Origin: Nitrospirota bacterium
GTDB lineage: Bacteria; Nitrospirota; UBA9217
DNA length: 64,000 nucleotides
Assembly: GCA_963818475.1 (NCBI GenBank)
Contig: CAWFSF010000005.1
Coordinates: 32,001 to 96,000, forward strand
Reading direction: 5' to 3'
Below are positions 43,974 through 56,810 of this stretch, in pieces. The position numbers were made by a program, and so were the translations under genes. How positions within the stretch are numbered: the first letter of the stretch is position 1; every line of letters begins with the position of its first letter. The notes under the pieces were generated by a model, which did not search any database, was not told the DNA's origin, and saw only the letters and a program-made list of their open reading frames with translations.

Positions 43974-45053
43974 TTACCACTGACCGGCTTCCCGCAGCAC
44001 CCCTCCTGCAATGGCATCGAGCGGCAGTATGCGGTCCACAGCATCAAGCTCGATGGCCTTCTTCGGCATGCCGAAGACGACGCAGGAATCTTCATCCTGG
44101 GCGATGGTATAGGCCCCGGCCTCCTTCATCTCGAGCATGCCCCTGGCCCCGTCATCTCCCATGCCGGTCATGATCACGGCGATAGCGTTCTTGCCTGCAT
44201 AGCGTGCTGCGGAGCGGAACAGCACGTCGACCGACGGGCGCTGGCGGCTCACGAGAGGGCCATCCTTCATTTCCACATAATACCGGGCCCCGCTTCGTTT
44301 GAGCAGCAGGTGGCGGTTGCCCCGGGCGATGAGCGCCCGGCCCCGGATGACGGTGTCGTTGTCCTCGGCCTCTTTGACCGTGATCCGGCAAATCCCGTCG
44401 AGCCGCGTGGCAAAGGCCCGCGTAAAGTTTTCGGGCATATGCTGCACGATCACGATGCCGGGGGAGTCAGGCGGCATGGCCTGCAGGAACATCTTGAGGG
44501 CCTCGGTCCCGCCGGTTGATGCGCCGACCACAACCACCTTCTCCGTGGTCCGGAGCATTGCCTCGGTCTGCCGCGTCGATTTCGGCATGACGGCGTCCGC
44601 TGTCAGCTTCGGCGTGACCACGGTGATGCCCGTGGCAATGCGTTTCACCCGCGCCTGGGCAGCGGCCTTGACCGCGTCGCAGATCCGTATCCGCGATTCT
44701 TCGAGGAACTGCTTGGTCCCGATCCGGGGTTTCTGGATGATCTCGACCGCACCGTACTCCAGCGCCCGCAGCACCGTCTCGGACCCCTCCTCGGCCAGCG
44801 AGGAGCAGATCACCACGGGAATGGGATGCTGGCTCATGACCTTATGCAGAAACGTCAGGCCGTCCATGCGCGGCATCTCGACGTCGAGCAGGATCACGTC
44901 CGGGACCTCGTGCAGGATCTTTTCCGCGGCAAAAAACGGGTCCGCGGCCACGGCCATCACCTCGATCCCGTGGTCGGACGACAGGACCCCGCTCAGAAGC
45001 TGGCGGATGAACGCCGAATCATCAACTATGAGCACCCGTATCTTCCTGGTCAT
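43974..45053 (-). CDS. cheB: Chemotaxis methylesterase CheB
   Basis: Receiver domain plus [20 protein letters not shown]. Confidence 0.97.
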   Translation of the reverse strand: MTRKIRVLIVDDSAFIRQLLSGVLSSDHGIEVMAVAADPFFAAEKILHEVPDVILLDVEMPRMDGLTFLHKVMSQHPIPVVICSSLAEEGSETVLRALEYGAVEIIQKPRIGTKQFLEESRIRICDAVKAAAQARVKRIATGITVVTPKLTADAVMPKSTRQTEAMLRTTEKVVVVGASTGGTEALKMFLQAMPPDSPGIVIVQHMPENFTRAFATRLDGICRITVKEAEDNDTVIRGRALIARGNRHLLLKRSGARYYVEMKDGPLVSRQRPSVDVLFRSAARYAGKNAIAVIMTGMGDDGARGMLEMKEAGAYTIAQDEDSCVVFGMPKKAIELDAVDRILPLDAIAGGVLREAGQW

Positions 45054-45586
45054 TTCGCGTCCGTTCCGCTGTCGGCGAGAACAATGCCCGCCTGCAGCCG
45101 TTTCATCAAAACTTCTCCCGTCGCGGTATTAAAGAACAGTTTCCGTCCCGTCGTGCCGCCCACATCCATGGCGATCACCCGTATGCCCACCTTCTCAAGC
45201 GTCTGCTGCGCGATATCGATGTTCTGCCTGCCCACGGAAATAGTGTTTCTCCCGCTGAGCCGTATGCTGAACATGTCGGCGCCGCCGAAGACTTTCACCT
45301 CGATCTCGCCGCGTTTCATTCTGTGCTCGTCAAAGAGCTTCACCATCATCTCGATGGCGCATTCCACATACTTCGCCCGCTCTGCACAGGCCCGGCTGCA
45401 GACAGCGCGTTCGCGGCACTTCGGCAGCAGACCGTGGCAGATCGCGCCCACGCGCGTCTTTCGGTGGAACATGGTCACCGACAGGCAGGAACCGAGCACG
45501 GTCATAACGCTCGACGGTTTGTCCGAGAAATGCAGTTCTCCCGACTTCAGATAGATGACAGGCAGGTCGTTCTCGTTCGGGCTCAT
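45050..45586 (-). CDS. cheD: Chemoreceptor deamidase CheD
   Basis: TVLGSC, H.LLP, KVFGGA, DVGG..GRK. Confidence 0.93.
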   Translation of the reverse strand: MSPNENDLPVIYLKSGELHFSDKPSSVMTVLGSCLSVTMFHRKTRVGAICHGLLPKCRERAVCSRACAERAKYVECAIEMMVKLFDEHRMKRGEIEVKVFGGADMFSIRLSGRNTISVGRQNIDIAQQTLEKVGIRVIAMDVGGTTGRKLFFNTATGEVLMKRLQAGIVLADSGTDAK

Positions 45587-46446
45587 GCGATCTTTCTGTA
45601 CACCGTGGACGTGACCCGCTGGAGCGGAAGATCGAAGCCGTGCACCGTTTCCGAGTGCCCCAGAAAAAGGTACCCGCCTGGCCTCAAGAAGTTGCACAGC
45701 CGTCCCAGCAGTTTTTCCTGGTTCAGGCGCTCAAAGTAGATAATGACGTTGCGGCAAAAAATGACGTCCAGGAGCTCTGGCCGCCGATACTGTTCATCCA
45801 TCAGGTTGACGCGCTCGAAACGGATCAGGGAGCGCAGCTCCGGAGTGATCCGCACCTGTCCCTTGGTGGGGTCCTTGCTCTTCATCAGGTATTTTTGTTT
45901 GATCGAGAGCGGCACCGGGGCAACGCGTTCCTCATCGTAAATGCCGAGTTTGGCCTTTTCCAGCACTTTGGTGGAAATGTCCGTGGCAAGAACAGTGAAG
46001 CGGAATCCCGGATGGAGAGTTGCGAATTCGGAAAGCACCATGGCGAGCGTATAGGGCTCCTCGCCGGACGAGCATCCCGCACTCCAGATGGTGAAGCACG
46101 ACCCGCTGCTTGAGGCAGGGTCGGCAAACGGCGGCAGCACGGTGTCGGTCAGAATTTGGAAGTGGCCTGGTTCGCGAAAAAAATCGGTCTTGTTCGTGGT
46201 GACGGCATTGATCATCTGCACCAGTTCATCCTGGCCGTTGGGGGAATTGAACAGGTACTCGCAATAGTCCCCGAAGGTGGCGGCGCCCACGCTCTTGAGG
46301 CGCTTCTGCAGCCGTGCTTCCAGCATGATCTTTTTCCCGGGCGGCATTTTGATCCCGCACTGGGTATGGATGAACTCGCTCAGCCGGGTGAACTCCTGCG
46401 CGGTCATGGGCTTTGCCATTTCTTTTTGAAAGCCGTTGTCTGTCAT
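45583..46446 (-). CDS. cheR: Chemotaxis methyltransferase CheR
   Basis: TTNKTDFFRE, WSAGCSSGEEPY, IFCRNVIIYF, GHSE. Confidence 0.97.
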   Translation of the reverse strand: MTDNGFQKEMAKPMTAQEFTRLSEFIHTQCGIKMPPGKKIMLEARLQKRLKSVGAATFGDYCEYLFNSPNGQDELVQMINAVTTNKTDFFREPGHFQILTDTVLPPFADPASSSGSCFTIWSAGCSSGEEPYTLAMVLSEFATLHPGFRFTVLATDISTKVLEKAKLGIYDEERVAPVPLSIKQKYLMKSKDPTKGQVRITPELRSLIRFERVNLMDEQYRRPELLDVIFCRNVIIYFERLNQEKLLGRLCNFLRPGGYLFLGHSETVHGFDLPLQRVTSTVYRKIA

Positions 46447-46737
46447 GCCTGTTCTTCCCGCGCCGGCGCTTTAAAGCCGGGTGCCGTTGTTTTCCGTCCA
46501 CACGAAAGGGTAAATAGTACGAAGGGTAGGATGGAGGATACTGTGTCTGTGTCCTGCAGCAGTACTGCACGTTCATCCGGCGTTTATGATAACCTGATAG
46601 GCTGGAACAATGCAAAGCCTTTTCTCACAAGGGACGATGATGACGACCTCTCTGGGACATCACGAAAAGAATTGTATTCTTCAGCGCCTCATGTTCAGCA
46701 GGTTAACTGGAGAGCGCGGGAAGAGAGCGCGTGCTGA

Positions 46738-48318
46738 TCAGGCAGTGCCACCCGGCAGGGCGTATTGTTCGGCCCGGGATTCATCGCCCGTCCCCGGAAG
46801 GGAGTCCATTTCGTCCAGCAGGAAGAACGCAATCGTTCCCTGCATCTGCTCCGCCTGGGACGAAAGGTCTCCTGCCGTAGCGGCAATCTCCTCGGCAGAG
46901 GCCGCGTTCTGCTGGATGACCTGGTTCAGCTGCTGGATCGCATTGTTGATCTGGCCGGCGCCCGAAGACTGCTCTTTGCTCGATGCGCTGATCTCCTGCA
47001 CCAGCTCCGCCGTCTTCTGAATGTCGGGGACCAGCCTGGCCAGCATGGTCCCGGCACGCTCGGCAACTGCAACGCTCGAAACGGACAGCGCTCCGATGTC
47101 CCGGGCCGCGGTCTGGCTCCGCTCGGCCAACTTGCGCACCTCGGCGGCGACCACGGCAAAACCTCTGCCGTGCTCGCCTGCGCGGGCGGCTTCGATCGCC
47201 GCGTTCAGCGCCAGCAGATTGGTCTGGCGCGCGATCTCCTCGACGACCGATATTCTGGCCGCGATCTGCTTCATGGCAGCCATCGCCTCTGTCACGGCCT
47301 GTCCGCTCTCGGTCGCATCAGCAGCCGACTGCTGGGCGATCTTTTCGGTCCGCTGCGCGTTCTCTGCATTCAGTTTGATCGTCGCGGACATCTCTTCGAC
47401 CGACGACGAGGCTTCCTCGGCTGAAGCCGCCTGCTCGGATGTGCCCTGGGACATTCGTTCCGACCCTGCTGTCAGGTCCTTGCTGCGCGACGCCACCTCT
47501 TCGGACATCCTGTGCACCTCAGCAATGACTTCGCCGAGCCTGGCCCTCATGGACTTCATGGCAATGAACAGCTGACCGGCCTCGTCCCGGGTTTCGAGGT
47601 CCCAGATCCGGGCACGGCTGTTGCGCAGGTCGCCGTTAGCGACCTTTTTCAGGATGCTGGAAACCCTGACCAGGGGCCGGGTGATGGACCGCGTCAGCAG
47701 CAAGCCGAAGAGACTGCCGAACACGATCATCACCAGGCTGAGACTGATGATCGTCCGGCGGGTCCTCAGGGCGTCCTGCAGCATCACGTCCTCGGACAGG
47801 ATATTCCGGCTCGCCAGCTCGCACGTTTTTTTGAGCAATGTCTGAACGTGCTCAAGGTGCGTCAGCGTGGATGCCTTGTAAATTTCGCGGGCCTCCTCGC
47901 TCTGGCCCTGGCTCCGCACCCGCTGGATATGGGCGGCTGATTCGTGCAGCATCCGGTGGGGCGCTTCGATCGCAGCCAGCGGCTCTGCTAAAGCAGGGAG
48001 CAGCTTCTCGGCTGCCGTCCTGCCGCCCCCATAATACCATTTTCCGAAGGCGCACTGGGTGTGGTCCAGCTGGACCTTCAGCTCCGTGACGCGGTCATCG
48101 TAGACATACTGTCCGAGAACTTGCGCCCAGGTGAGATGGTCCACTTCCCGCTGCAACAGCTCGCCCCGGAGCTTGCTGCCTTCGGTCGCCTCTATGCCGC
48201 CATCAACGATCATGCCTACACCGTAGATCGACCAAGCTGCGATCAACCCCATCATGAGCATGACCATCCCCATGCCGATCAGGATCTTTCTGCCGAGCGA
48301 GATATCCTTCCAGCTCAT
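46738..48318 (-). CDS. Methyl-accepting chemotaxis protein with a CZB-like domain between its TM helices
   Basis: TM1-[23 protein letters not shown]2[22 protein letters not shown]. Confidence 0.92.
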   Translation of the reverse strand: MSWKDISLGRKILIGMGMVMLMMGLIAAWSIYGVGMIVDGGIEATEGSKLRGELLQREVDHLTWAQVLGQYVYDDRVTELKVQLDHTQCAFGKWYYGGGRTAAEKLLPALAEPLAAIEAPHRMLHESAAHIQRVRSQGQSEEAREIYKASTLTHLEHVQTLLKKTCELASRNILSEDVMLQDALRTRRTIISLSLVMIVFGSLFGLLLTRSITRPLVRVSSILKKVANGDLRNSRARIWDLETRDEAGQLFIAMKSMRARLGEVIAEVHRMSEEVASRSKDLTAGSERMSQGTSEQAASAEEASSSVEEMSATIKLNAENAQRTEKIAQQSAADATESGQAVTEAMAAMKQIAARISVVEEIARQTNLLALNAAIEAARAGEHGRGFAVVAAEVRKLAERSQTAARDIGALSVSSVAVAERAGTMLARLVPDIQKTAELVQEISASSKEQSSGAGQINNAIQQLNQVIQQNAASAEEIAATAGDLSSQAEQMQGTIAFFLLDEMDSLPGTGDESRAEQYALPGGTA

Positions 48319-48354
48319 GCTTCCCCCCGTCGTCCTTGCGCTTCGCCTTCCCGA

Positions 48355-48865
48355 CTACTGCGCTGCTTCCCCTGCGGCCCCGGCCTGGCCTTCCTGCACC
48401 AGGGACAGTTCCTCGGTCGAGAAGATCTTGTCAATGTCGAGGATGATGATGAACTTGTCGTTCTGCTTGCCCATCCCCGTGATGAACTCGGTCTTGAGCT
48501 TCGTCCCGATCCGCGGAGCCGGTTCGATGTGCTCCGCCTCAAGATCGATCACTTCCTGCACCGAGTCGGCCAGCGCGCCCAGGATCGTGGTCTCGCTGTC
48601 CACCCGCACTTCCAGGATGATAATGCAGGTGTTCACTGTCTTTTCGGTCCTGCTCATGTCGAACTTGAGCCGCAGGTCCACCACCGGCACCACGCTTCCG
48701 CGCAGATTGATGACTCCCCGCATGAAATCCGGCGTCCGGGGGACCTTCGTGACGGATCGTAAAATCCAGCACTTCGCGCACTTTCGTAATATCAACCGCA
48801 TACACTTCTTCGCCGAGCTTAAAGGTAAGATATTGTGTCATCGCTTCGATTTCTGCTATGCTCAT
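48355..48865 (-). CDS. cheW: CheW (frameshift ~48758)
   Basis: QYLTFKL, GVINLRG.VVPVVDLR, ADSVQEV. Confidence 0.92.
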
Positions 48866-48880
48866 GGTTTCCTCCCTCGC

Positions 48881-48989
48881 AATTTCGGATTAGGTAATTG
48901 CGGATTGCGAAATGAAAATCGGAAAAAGCTTTGGTATTGATGTCCACGGTTTCATCAAATCCGAAATCCGCAATCCGAAATCCGTAATT
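48881..48989. repeat. Inverted heptamer-repeat element (AATCCGC family)
   Basis: atttcggatt..attgcggattgcgaa versus aaatccg-aaatccg-caatccg-aaatccg; abuts the MCP stop. Confidence 0.8.
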
Positions 48990-50733
48990 TTAGTACCGCT
49001 CGAACTCCGCGTCTTTGCCGTCAGCCTTGCCGTGGCCGTCATGACCCATATTGAGCGCGACGCCTGCAGGTTTTGCAGCCAGGCCTTTTGCCAGACGGGC
49101 GATCTGGACCTGATGTGCGGAGTGAGCCGGCTTCCTGGCCCCGGCAAGCCGCCGAGTGCTCCCCTGTTCCACATTGTTCATCTTGAAGAACGAGATGGTG
49201 CCCTGGAGCTGCTCTGCCTGGGACGAGAGTTCTTCGGCCGTTGACGCCATTTCTTCGGCAGCACCGGCGTTCTGCTGGATCACCTGATTGAGCTGCTGGA
49301 TGGCGCTGTTGATCTGGTCGGCGCCGTGACGCCTGTTCCTTGCTCGACGCGCTGATCTCCTGCACGAGCTCCGACGTCTTCTGGATGTCCGGTACGAGCT
49401 TCGTCAGCATGGAACCGGCCCGCTCCGCAACCTCGACGCTCGACATGGACAACTTGCTGATCTCGCCTGCGGCGGTCTGGCTGCGCTCGGCCAGCTTCCT
49501 GACCTCAGCGGCCACGACAGCGAAGCCCTTGCCGTGCTCGCCGGCACGTGCGGCTTCGATGGCGGCGTTCAGGGCCAGCAAATTGGTCTGGCGCGCGATC
49601 TCTTCGATGATCGAGATCCTCGATGCGATCTCTTTCATGGCGGCCATGGCTTCGGAAACAGCCTTGCCGCTATCGATGGCGTCGTTGGCCGACTTGAGCG
49701 CGATCTTCTCGGTCTGCTGGGCATTGTCCGCGTTCTGCTTGATCGTGGCGTTCATCTCTTCAACCGATGACGAGGCCTCTTCCGCCGATGCCGCCTGCTC
49801 GGTCGTGCCCTGGGACATCTGCTCGGAACCGGCTGAGAGCTGCTGGCTGCCCGAGGCCACGTTGTCCGCCGCGGTCTTAACGTCGGCCACGACTGTTTTG
49901 AGCTTCTCGATCATCTTTTTCATCGCCAGAAGCACCTGGCCAGTCTCGTCCTTGTTTTGTTCGCCGATCGAAACCGTAAGATCGCCATCGGCCAGCTTAT
50001 TGCTCACGGCAACCGCTTCAACGAGAGGGACGGTAATATTCCGGGAAAGCGTAAACCCGATGACAGCGGAAAGAATAATGCCTATCAGGGTAAAGATGAG
50101 AATAAGCCTGTTTGCCAGTGCATAAGCTGCATCTGCAAGCTTCATGGCCTCGCCCATCTCGTTGCCGGCCATTTTTTCCGCATCTTCCATCTTCCTCAGG
50201 ATATCGTTCCGGGCCGCATCTGCCCCTTCCATTGCCTCACGGGCTCTGACCTCGGATTCAGCCAGCTGCACGGTTCCTGCCTGGACGGTTTGGCGGTGCT
50301 GACTGATGATTTCCTTGCCGTACTGGGCAAGCTTGTCATGAACTGCCTGGGCTTCCTCTATCTGCCGGATCAGGTCCTTGTTGGTTGTCGCAATAACAGT
50401 GATATCGCCGAGATTGCTCCCCCTCACAACAGCTTCAGCCATTTTGTCAAATTCTTTCATGAACTGCTCATATTCGCTTTCAATACCGGCCAGTTTTCCC
50501 GGATCAGGCTCAAGCATATACTCGGCCAGCGCATCTCCCGCCTGAAGGACCTTTGCTTTTGCCTCCATGACCGTATCGGCAATCGGCACTTTCTCGTCCA
50601 GGATCATATCGGCTGCCGACATCACCTGGTTAAGCTGGATGTAGGAAACAAAACCCGATATTGCCAACAGTGCCGTTATTAGAAAAAAGCCAGCCAACAA
50701 CTTCGTCCCAATCTTAATATTGCCCAGATTCAT
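48990..50733 (-). CDS. Methyl-accepting chemotaxis protein (frameshift ~49327)
   Basis: Two TMs, helical periplasmic domain, HAMP, MCP hairpin, C-terminal DAEFERY. Confidence 0.92.
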
Positions 50734-50828
50734 GATACCCTCCACTGTCAGATTTTTAAAATCGTTTAGGCTTCGCGATAATGGCGTTCATCAAAGATTT
50801 TATTGCTGTTTCTCTCTACCGGAAAACT

Positions 50829-51632
50829 CTAGAATTTTACAGCCAGGCCCGCAAGCACGGCATGGTCCGTTTCGGGATCGGTGAGCCCGGCCTTAACGCC
50901 GAGATCGATGTCAAGATTTTCGGAAATTCCATAAATAAGGCCGGCAAGAGCAAAGACCGGCCGGGTGCTGTCGTTCTTGTCGGGATTGCGCTCCTGGCCG
51001 AAGTTCCCCACTATCCGGAGCTTCTCGTTCACCGAATATTCCGATGCCAGGGAGAGATGGCAGAGGCCTTCACGCTCATCTGCCCGGTTCGCATGGTGGA
51101 TATATCCGAAGTTCGCGTGGAACACCCAGGGGCCTGCCTCCTGTGTACCGATCAGAAAAAGGCTGTACCCGTACTTTCCCGTGCCGAGACCGCGCTGATC
51201 GTTCCCCGTCGGCACGCTTATGCCGGGTTTCACGGCAAGGCCCCGGCCTTCCCGTTCCCAGAACCGCCACTTCATCTCGAGCGAGATGTCCGACAGTCCC
51301 TTCTCACTGGCATGAGCGGAGCCTGGCACGGTCAGGTCGCTCTCGTTCGTCTCGACCCAAACATAGGGCACGCCGATCACCGCATCAACGGCGTCCGTGA
51401 TGCCATAGGAGAGCGTGGCCCCCACCCCGACCGCTCGCTCGACCTTCTCGATGCCGGGCGCCGGCGTTTCCCGGTCGGAGGCGTATTCGCCGTTCAGTTC
51501 CATCTGAAACTTTCCTGTGCCCTGCGTTCCCATATCATCGGTGATCAACGGGTGGGCGGCATATGCTGCAGGGGAACAGAGCATGACCCCCAAAACCAGC
51601 GATATCTGCAGCACGACAAATTCTTTTTTCAT
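50829..51632 (-). CDS. Outer-membrane transporter-like beta-barrel (MetA-pathway/phenol-degradation-like)
   Basis: Signal peptide, AHPLITDD.GT.G.G, GLSDISL..KWRF, PTG....LG.G, terminal F. Confidence 0.7.
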   Translation of the reverse strand: MKKEFVVLQISLVLGVMLCSPAAYAAHPLITDDMGTQGTGKFQMELNGEYASDRETPAPGIEKVERAVGVGATLSYGITDAVDAVIGVPYVWVETNESDLTVPGSAHASEKGLSDISLEMKWRFWEREGRGLAVKPGISVPTGNDQRGLGTGKYGYSLFLIGTQEAGPWVFHANFGYIHHANRADEREGLCHLSLASEYSVNEKLRIVGNFGQERNPDKNDSTRPVFALAGLIYGISENLDIDLGVKAGLTDPETDHAVLAGLAVKF

Positions 51633-51688
51633 GCATCCCTCTTGTTAATTTACTGCTGCTTTTCTCCCGTGCGGCCTCAGAATATTTT

Positions 51689-52187
51689 TTATCCTTGCGT
51701 GTGTTCCGCATCCTGCACCAGGGCCAGTTCGTCGGTCGAGAAGATCTTGTCGATGTCGAGAATGATGATGAACTTGTCTGTCCCGCTTGCCCATCCCCTT
51801 GATGAACTCGGTGTTCAGCCTCGTCCCGATCTGCGGCGCCGGTTCGATGTGCTCCGGCTCCAGGTCGAGCACTTCCTGCACCGAATCGGCCAGCGCGCCC
51901 AGGATCGTCGTCTCGTTGTCCACGGTCACTTCCACGATGATGATGCAGGTGTTCACCGTCTTTTCCGTCTTGCGTCATGCCGAACTTGAGCCGGAGGTCG
52001 ACCACCGGCACCACGCTTCCCCGCAGGTTGATGACTCCGCGCATGAACTCCGGCGTCCGCGGCACCTTCGTGATCGACGTAAAGTCGAGCACTTCGCGCA
52101 CCTTGCGCGATGTCGAGCGCAAAGACCTCGTCGTCGAGCTTGAAGGTCAGATACTGTGTTGTTTCCATGATTTCCGCTGCGGCTCAT
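51689..52187 (-). CDS. cheW: CheW paralog (multiple frameshifts)
   Basis: Fragments TQYLTFKL / GVINLRGSVVPVVDLR / ADSVQEV; highly similar to 48355-48865. Confidence 0.85.
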
Positions 52188-52204
52188 AGGTGCCTCCTGT
52201 TATC

Positions 52205-52294
52205 GAATGCGAAGTGCGGAATCCGGAATGAAATCAGCGAGCAGATCACGCTCCTGCCTCTTCATTCCGAATTCCGAATTCGCCATTCCGCATT
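52205..52294. repeat. Inverted heptamer-repeat element (AATCCGC family)
   Basis: gaatgcgaagtgcggaatccggaatgaa...ttcattccgaattccgaattcgccattccgcatt. Confidence 0.8.
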
Positions 52295-52296
52295 TA

Positions 52297-54009
52297 TTAG
52301 ATATTTCTCGAACTCCGCTGTCCTGGCGATCGCCGTTGCCCATGGCCGTCATGGCCCATGTTGAGCGCAACGCCTGCGGGCATTGTGCAGCCGGGCCTTT
52401 TGCCGATGGGCGATCTGGGCCATGATGTGCCTTGTGTGAAGCCGGCATATGCCTGGCGCCGGCAAGCGCGCCGCGCGCTCCCCTGTTCCACATTGTCCAC
52501 CTTGAAGAACGCGATGGTGCCCTGGAGCTGCTCGGCCTGGGACGAGAGTTCTTCGGCCGTGGACGCCATCTCCTCGGCAGCGCCCGCGTTCTGCTGGATC
52601 ACCTGGTTCAGCTGCTGGATGGCGCTGTTGATCTGGTCCGCGCCGCGTGGTCTGCTCCTTGGACGCCGCGCTGATCTCCTGCACCAGCTCCGCCGTCTTC
52701 TGGATGTCCGGCACCAGCTTGGCCAGCATCTCGCCGGCCTTCTCCGCCACCTCGACGCTCGAGGTCGACAGCTGGCTGATCTCGCCTGCCGCGGTCTGGC
52801 TGCGCTCGGCCAGCTTCCTCACTTCCGCGGCCACGACGGCGAAGCCCTTGCCGTGCTCGCCGGCCCGCGCGGCCTCGATGGCCGCGTTCAGGGCCAGCAG
52901 GTTGGTCTGGCGCGCGATCTCCTCGATGATCGAGATCTTCGCCGCGATCTCCTTCATGGCGCGCCACGGTCTCGGACACGGCCTTGCCGCTCTCCTTGGC
53001 GTCGGCGGCCGACTTGAGCGCGATCTTCTCGGTCTGCTGGGCGTTGTCCGCGTTCTGCTTGATCGTGGCGTTCATCTCTTCAACCGACGACGAGGCCTCT
53101 TCCGCCGAGGCCGCCTGCTCGGTCGTGCCCTGGGACATCTGCTCGGACGCCGGCCGAGAGCTGCTGGCTGCCCGAGGCCACGTTGTCCGCCGCGGTCTTG
53201 ACGTCGCCGACCACGGTCTTGAGCTTCTCGACCATGTTCTTCATGGCGCCGAGCAGCTGGCCCAGCTCGTCCGTCGCTCTTGACCTCGATATTCAACGTC
53301 AGGTCACCCTCTGCAAGACGGCCGGAGACGCCCACCGCCTCGTTCACCGGGTTCGGTGATGCTGCGGCGTGATAATGAGGGTGATGACGATGCTCACGAT
53401 GATCGCGATCAGCGCGAGGGTGAACATGATAATATTGGTGCTGTTTTGTGAGGTCCGTGAAATAGACCTTCCATGGCGTCCATGCGCTTGTTGGACTCTC
53501 GCGCAAGTTCCTTGGCAGTCGCTTCGATCTTATGGGTCGAATCCTTGTACTCGTCGATGGCGGCATTGGCCTGCTGGGGCGTTGTGATCGATCCGGCCTG
53601 GATCATGCCGTAGACCTTCTTGAAGCCGCCGTCGTAAGCGGCCAGCTCGGTCTTCATGGTCTTTACTTCTTCCTTTTCAGCATCGAGGTATACGACTTTT
53701 TCAAGATCATTGAGCCGCGCGGTCAGCGCCTCATGTTGCTCCTTCCACTTGTCCATATACTTCATTTCTTTTTCCTTGTCCCCGATGTTCAGGAACAGGT
53801 CCTTTTCGTACCGCCGGAGCGCGTGCACATTGGCCCGCGCCCGGGCAGCATGCTCGGAAATGGTCGCGTCGCCCTGCAGCATCTTGATCGTTGCTGTGGA
53901 CATGGCATTGGTGCCCCAGTAGCCCGGACACCGCGATACCGATAAGAATAAGCAACACAATTCCAAAACCCAAAGCCAACCGCATCCCGATCTTCATGTT
54001 CTTCAGCAT
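52297..54009 (-). CDS. Methyl-accepting chemotaxis protein (many frameshifts)
   Basis: [12 protein letters not shown]-terminus, LRRYEKD 4HB-type motif, [18 protein letters not shown]. Confidence 0.85.
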
Positions 54010-54091
54010 TACTTCTCTCCTTTACTTGATGTAATGTCGTTAAACAATAAAATGCAGGTAAGCAGCGCTCGCCTGCCGCTATCTGCTGTCC

Positions 54092-56291
54092 TTATTGATC
54101 GAACGTCCCCATGCCGCCTGCCGAAGTAAAGGAGAGCTCGTCTGCTTCCGCGATCTGCACCAGTTTCGGCACGTCCAGGACCAGCGCCACCGTGCCGTCT
54201 CCCAGGATGGTGGCGCCCGATAGCCCCTCCACATCGCGGTAGTAGGTGCCGAGGTTCTTGATGACCGTCTGGTGGCCGCCCACAATATGATCGACGACAA
54301 AACCGACCCGTTTCTGCTCGATGCCGCACGATCACGATCTGTTCGATGGCCGGCCCGGCGCCGGCGATGCTGAACTGTTCCCGCAGCCGGACATAGGGAA
54401 CGATGTGCCCCCGCACGTTATCAGGTGTTTGTTATTGCCTGTTGCGGAAGCTGCCGCCGATCAGCTCCACGCATTCATCGACCAGCGAAAGGGGGAAGAT
54501 GAAGTGCTCATCGCCGATCTTCGTGAGGAACCCGTCGATGATGGCCAGGGTCAGCGGCAACCGGAGCGTGATCACGGTCCCTGTTCCCTTGTCGCTGTTG
54601 ATCTCGATCGTTCCACGGAGGGCGTCAATGGCCCGCTTCACCACGTCGAGCCCCACGCCGCGGCCCGAAACGCTCGTAACCGTCTTTGCCGTCGAAAAGC
54701 CGGGCAGCAGGACCAGCCCGAGGACCTCCTTGTCGGTCAGGTCCGCGTCATCCCTGATCATTCCCCGCTCAACGGCCTTGGCGCGAACCGCGTCGCGGTC
54801 GAGGCCGGCGCCGTCGTCCCTGATCTCGATCAGGACATGGGCGCCGGAGTGCACGGCGGAGAGGCTGATGGTGCCGACCGCAGGCTTGCGGGCTGCTTTG
54901 CGGACCTCGGGAGATTCGATGCCATGGTCGATGCTGTTCCTGATCAGATGGACCAGCGGGTCGCCGAGCTTTTCGATCACGGTCTTGTCCAGTTCGGTCT
55001 CGGCGCCTTCGGTGACGAGCTCCACTTCCTTTCCCAGTTCCTTGCCCAGGTCGCGGACCAGCCTTCTGAACCTGCTGAAGGTGGTGCCGATGGGCAGCAT
55101 GCGGATGCTCATGGTCCGGTCGCGCAGGTCGGCGGTCAGCCGCTCCACCTCTTCGGCAATGGAGAGCAGCGCGGGATCGTTGCGGGTGGCAGCCGTCTGG
55201 CTCAGGCGGGCCTGGACCGTGACGAGTTCTCCCACCAGGTCGACGAGGCCGTCCAGCTTGTCCGTCGAGACCCGGATGCTCGAAGCAATTTCCGCGGTCT
55301 GGCGCCGCTCCCGCATTTCACGCACATGTTCCTGCTCGGCAAGGGCCGACTCCACCGTATCACCGCTGACGAGGCCGGTCTCGACCAGCACTTCGCCGAC
55401 CCGCTTTTTCGACTTCAGCGCCAGGTGAAGGTCCTCGGAACTGATATCGCCGCGCTCAAGCAGAATTTCTCCGAGCGTTTTGTAGGCTGCTTCATCGTAT
55501 GCAAGGCACCCTTCCTCATCAATGATGGTGATCGTTATTTCGCTCCTGTCCTTGACAAAGATGAAGACATCCTCGATGGCGTTGATCCCCTGGGACGTGG
55601 TCAGGATCACGTCCCAGAACGTGTAGCACAGGTCGGGATTGAAATCTTCGAAATAGGGGATGGCGTCGGTCCGGGCCACTACCCTGCCGTCGCCGAGGCC
55701 GATCAGCTCCTTCAGCAGATCAAGGGGATTCGTCCCTTCGGCGAGGATGCCAGGCGAGGGCCGGAACTGGATCCGGTAGGTCACCTGGTTCCCCGGGACC
55801 GGCGCTGCGCCTTCAGCCTGTTGTTTGGGAGTGCATGCAGGCGCGGTACCCCGCGAAGCAGCCAGGCCTGCGGGAATAAGCCTTTTAAACTGTGACAGGA
55901 TATCCGCCGTCATACCGGGAGCGATGGAGCCGCCGCAGTAGTATGCGTCGAACATCTCTTTGATCTGATCGCGGGCCCGCAGGGTGAGATCGATGATCTC
56001 CTTGGTCACGTCGATCTTCCCCTTGCGCACGAGGTCGAAAAAACTCTCGATTTCATGGGTAAAGGCCGAAACCTCGGTGAATTCGCAGGCCCCGCCCGAG
56101 CCCTTGATCGTATGCATGACCCGGAACACCCGGCCGATATGCTCCTCGTCCCCCGGGACGTCCTCAAGCTCCAGCAGCGAGGCTTCAAGCTCGGCAAGAA
56201 GTTCCTGCGCTTCTTCCCTGAAGGATTCACGGAGTTTGGCGACGATCTGCTCGGTTGACTCTTCGTCGATCGGTTCCCTGTCGTCGCTCAT
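54092..56291 (-). CDS. cheA: Chemotaxis histidine kinase CheA (C-terminal frameshifts)
   Basis: Hpt FRVMHTIKG, HLIRNSIDHG, SGRGVGLDVV, LPLTLAI, C-terminal GATILGDG. Confidence 0.95.
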
Positions 56292-56645
56292 GACGCCCTC
56301 CTGTCATACTGCTCTGTCCAGAGACAGGTCCTGTCCTTGTCGAGGCGGCATCCGACCTGACGCAGATAGCCGGCTGATGCGGCAACCCGGTTCAAGATGT
56401 CCGGACGCGGTCCTGTGAAGGTGAAGTGCTTGTCCAGCCTCCCTGCGGAGCGATGGGCCGAGCAGAGGAGTTGAAGACAAGCCAGGTCCGTTTTCGTAAT
56501 GTTCTGGAGGTCCAGTGCGACCTCGTCGGAGTTGATCAGTGCCTTGATCAAGGACTGTCCGCACATCATGCATTTGATGCTCGGTCAGCTCGCCGTCGCA
56601 GGTTATGACACATTTTCTGTCTGACTGATCGATATGAATACCCAT
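56288..56645 (-). CDS. STAS domain protein (frameshifted)
   Basis: LDLQNITKTDLACLQLL.SA pattern, directly upstream of cheA. Confidence 0.75.
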
Positions 56646-56810
56646 AAACGTTGCCCGCCTTATCTGCAAACCAATCGCGTTAATGCGTCCTTGAATGAAG
56701 GGTTCGACTGACTGCATTAGAAATTGAACGATCTTTTTACGCCGGTTATCTTTTCAGAGACTTATTTTAGCAGATAATCACAAATTATAGCTATCCGCCT
56801 TGCATTATTT

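Noticed and set aside
46455-46540. Possible c-di-GMP riboswitch upstream of cheR
   Set aside because: GGACGGAAA is present but the GNRA tetraloop is on the wrong strand and there is no P1 stem.
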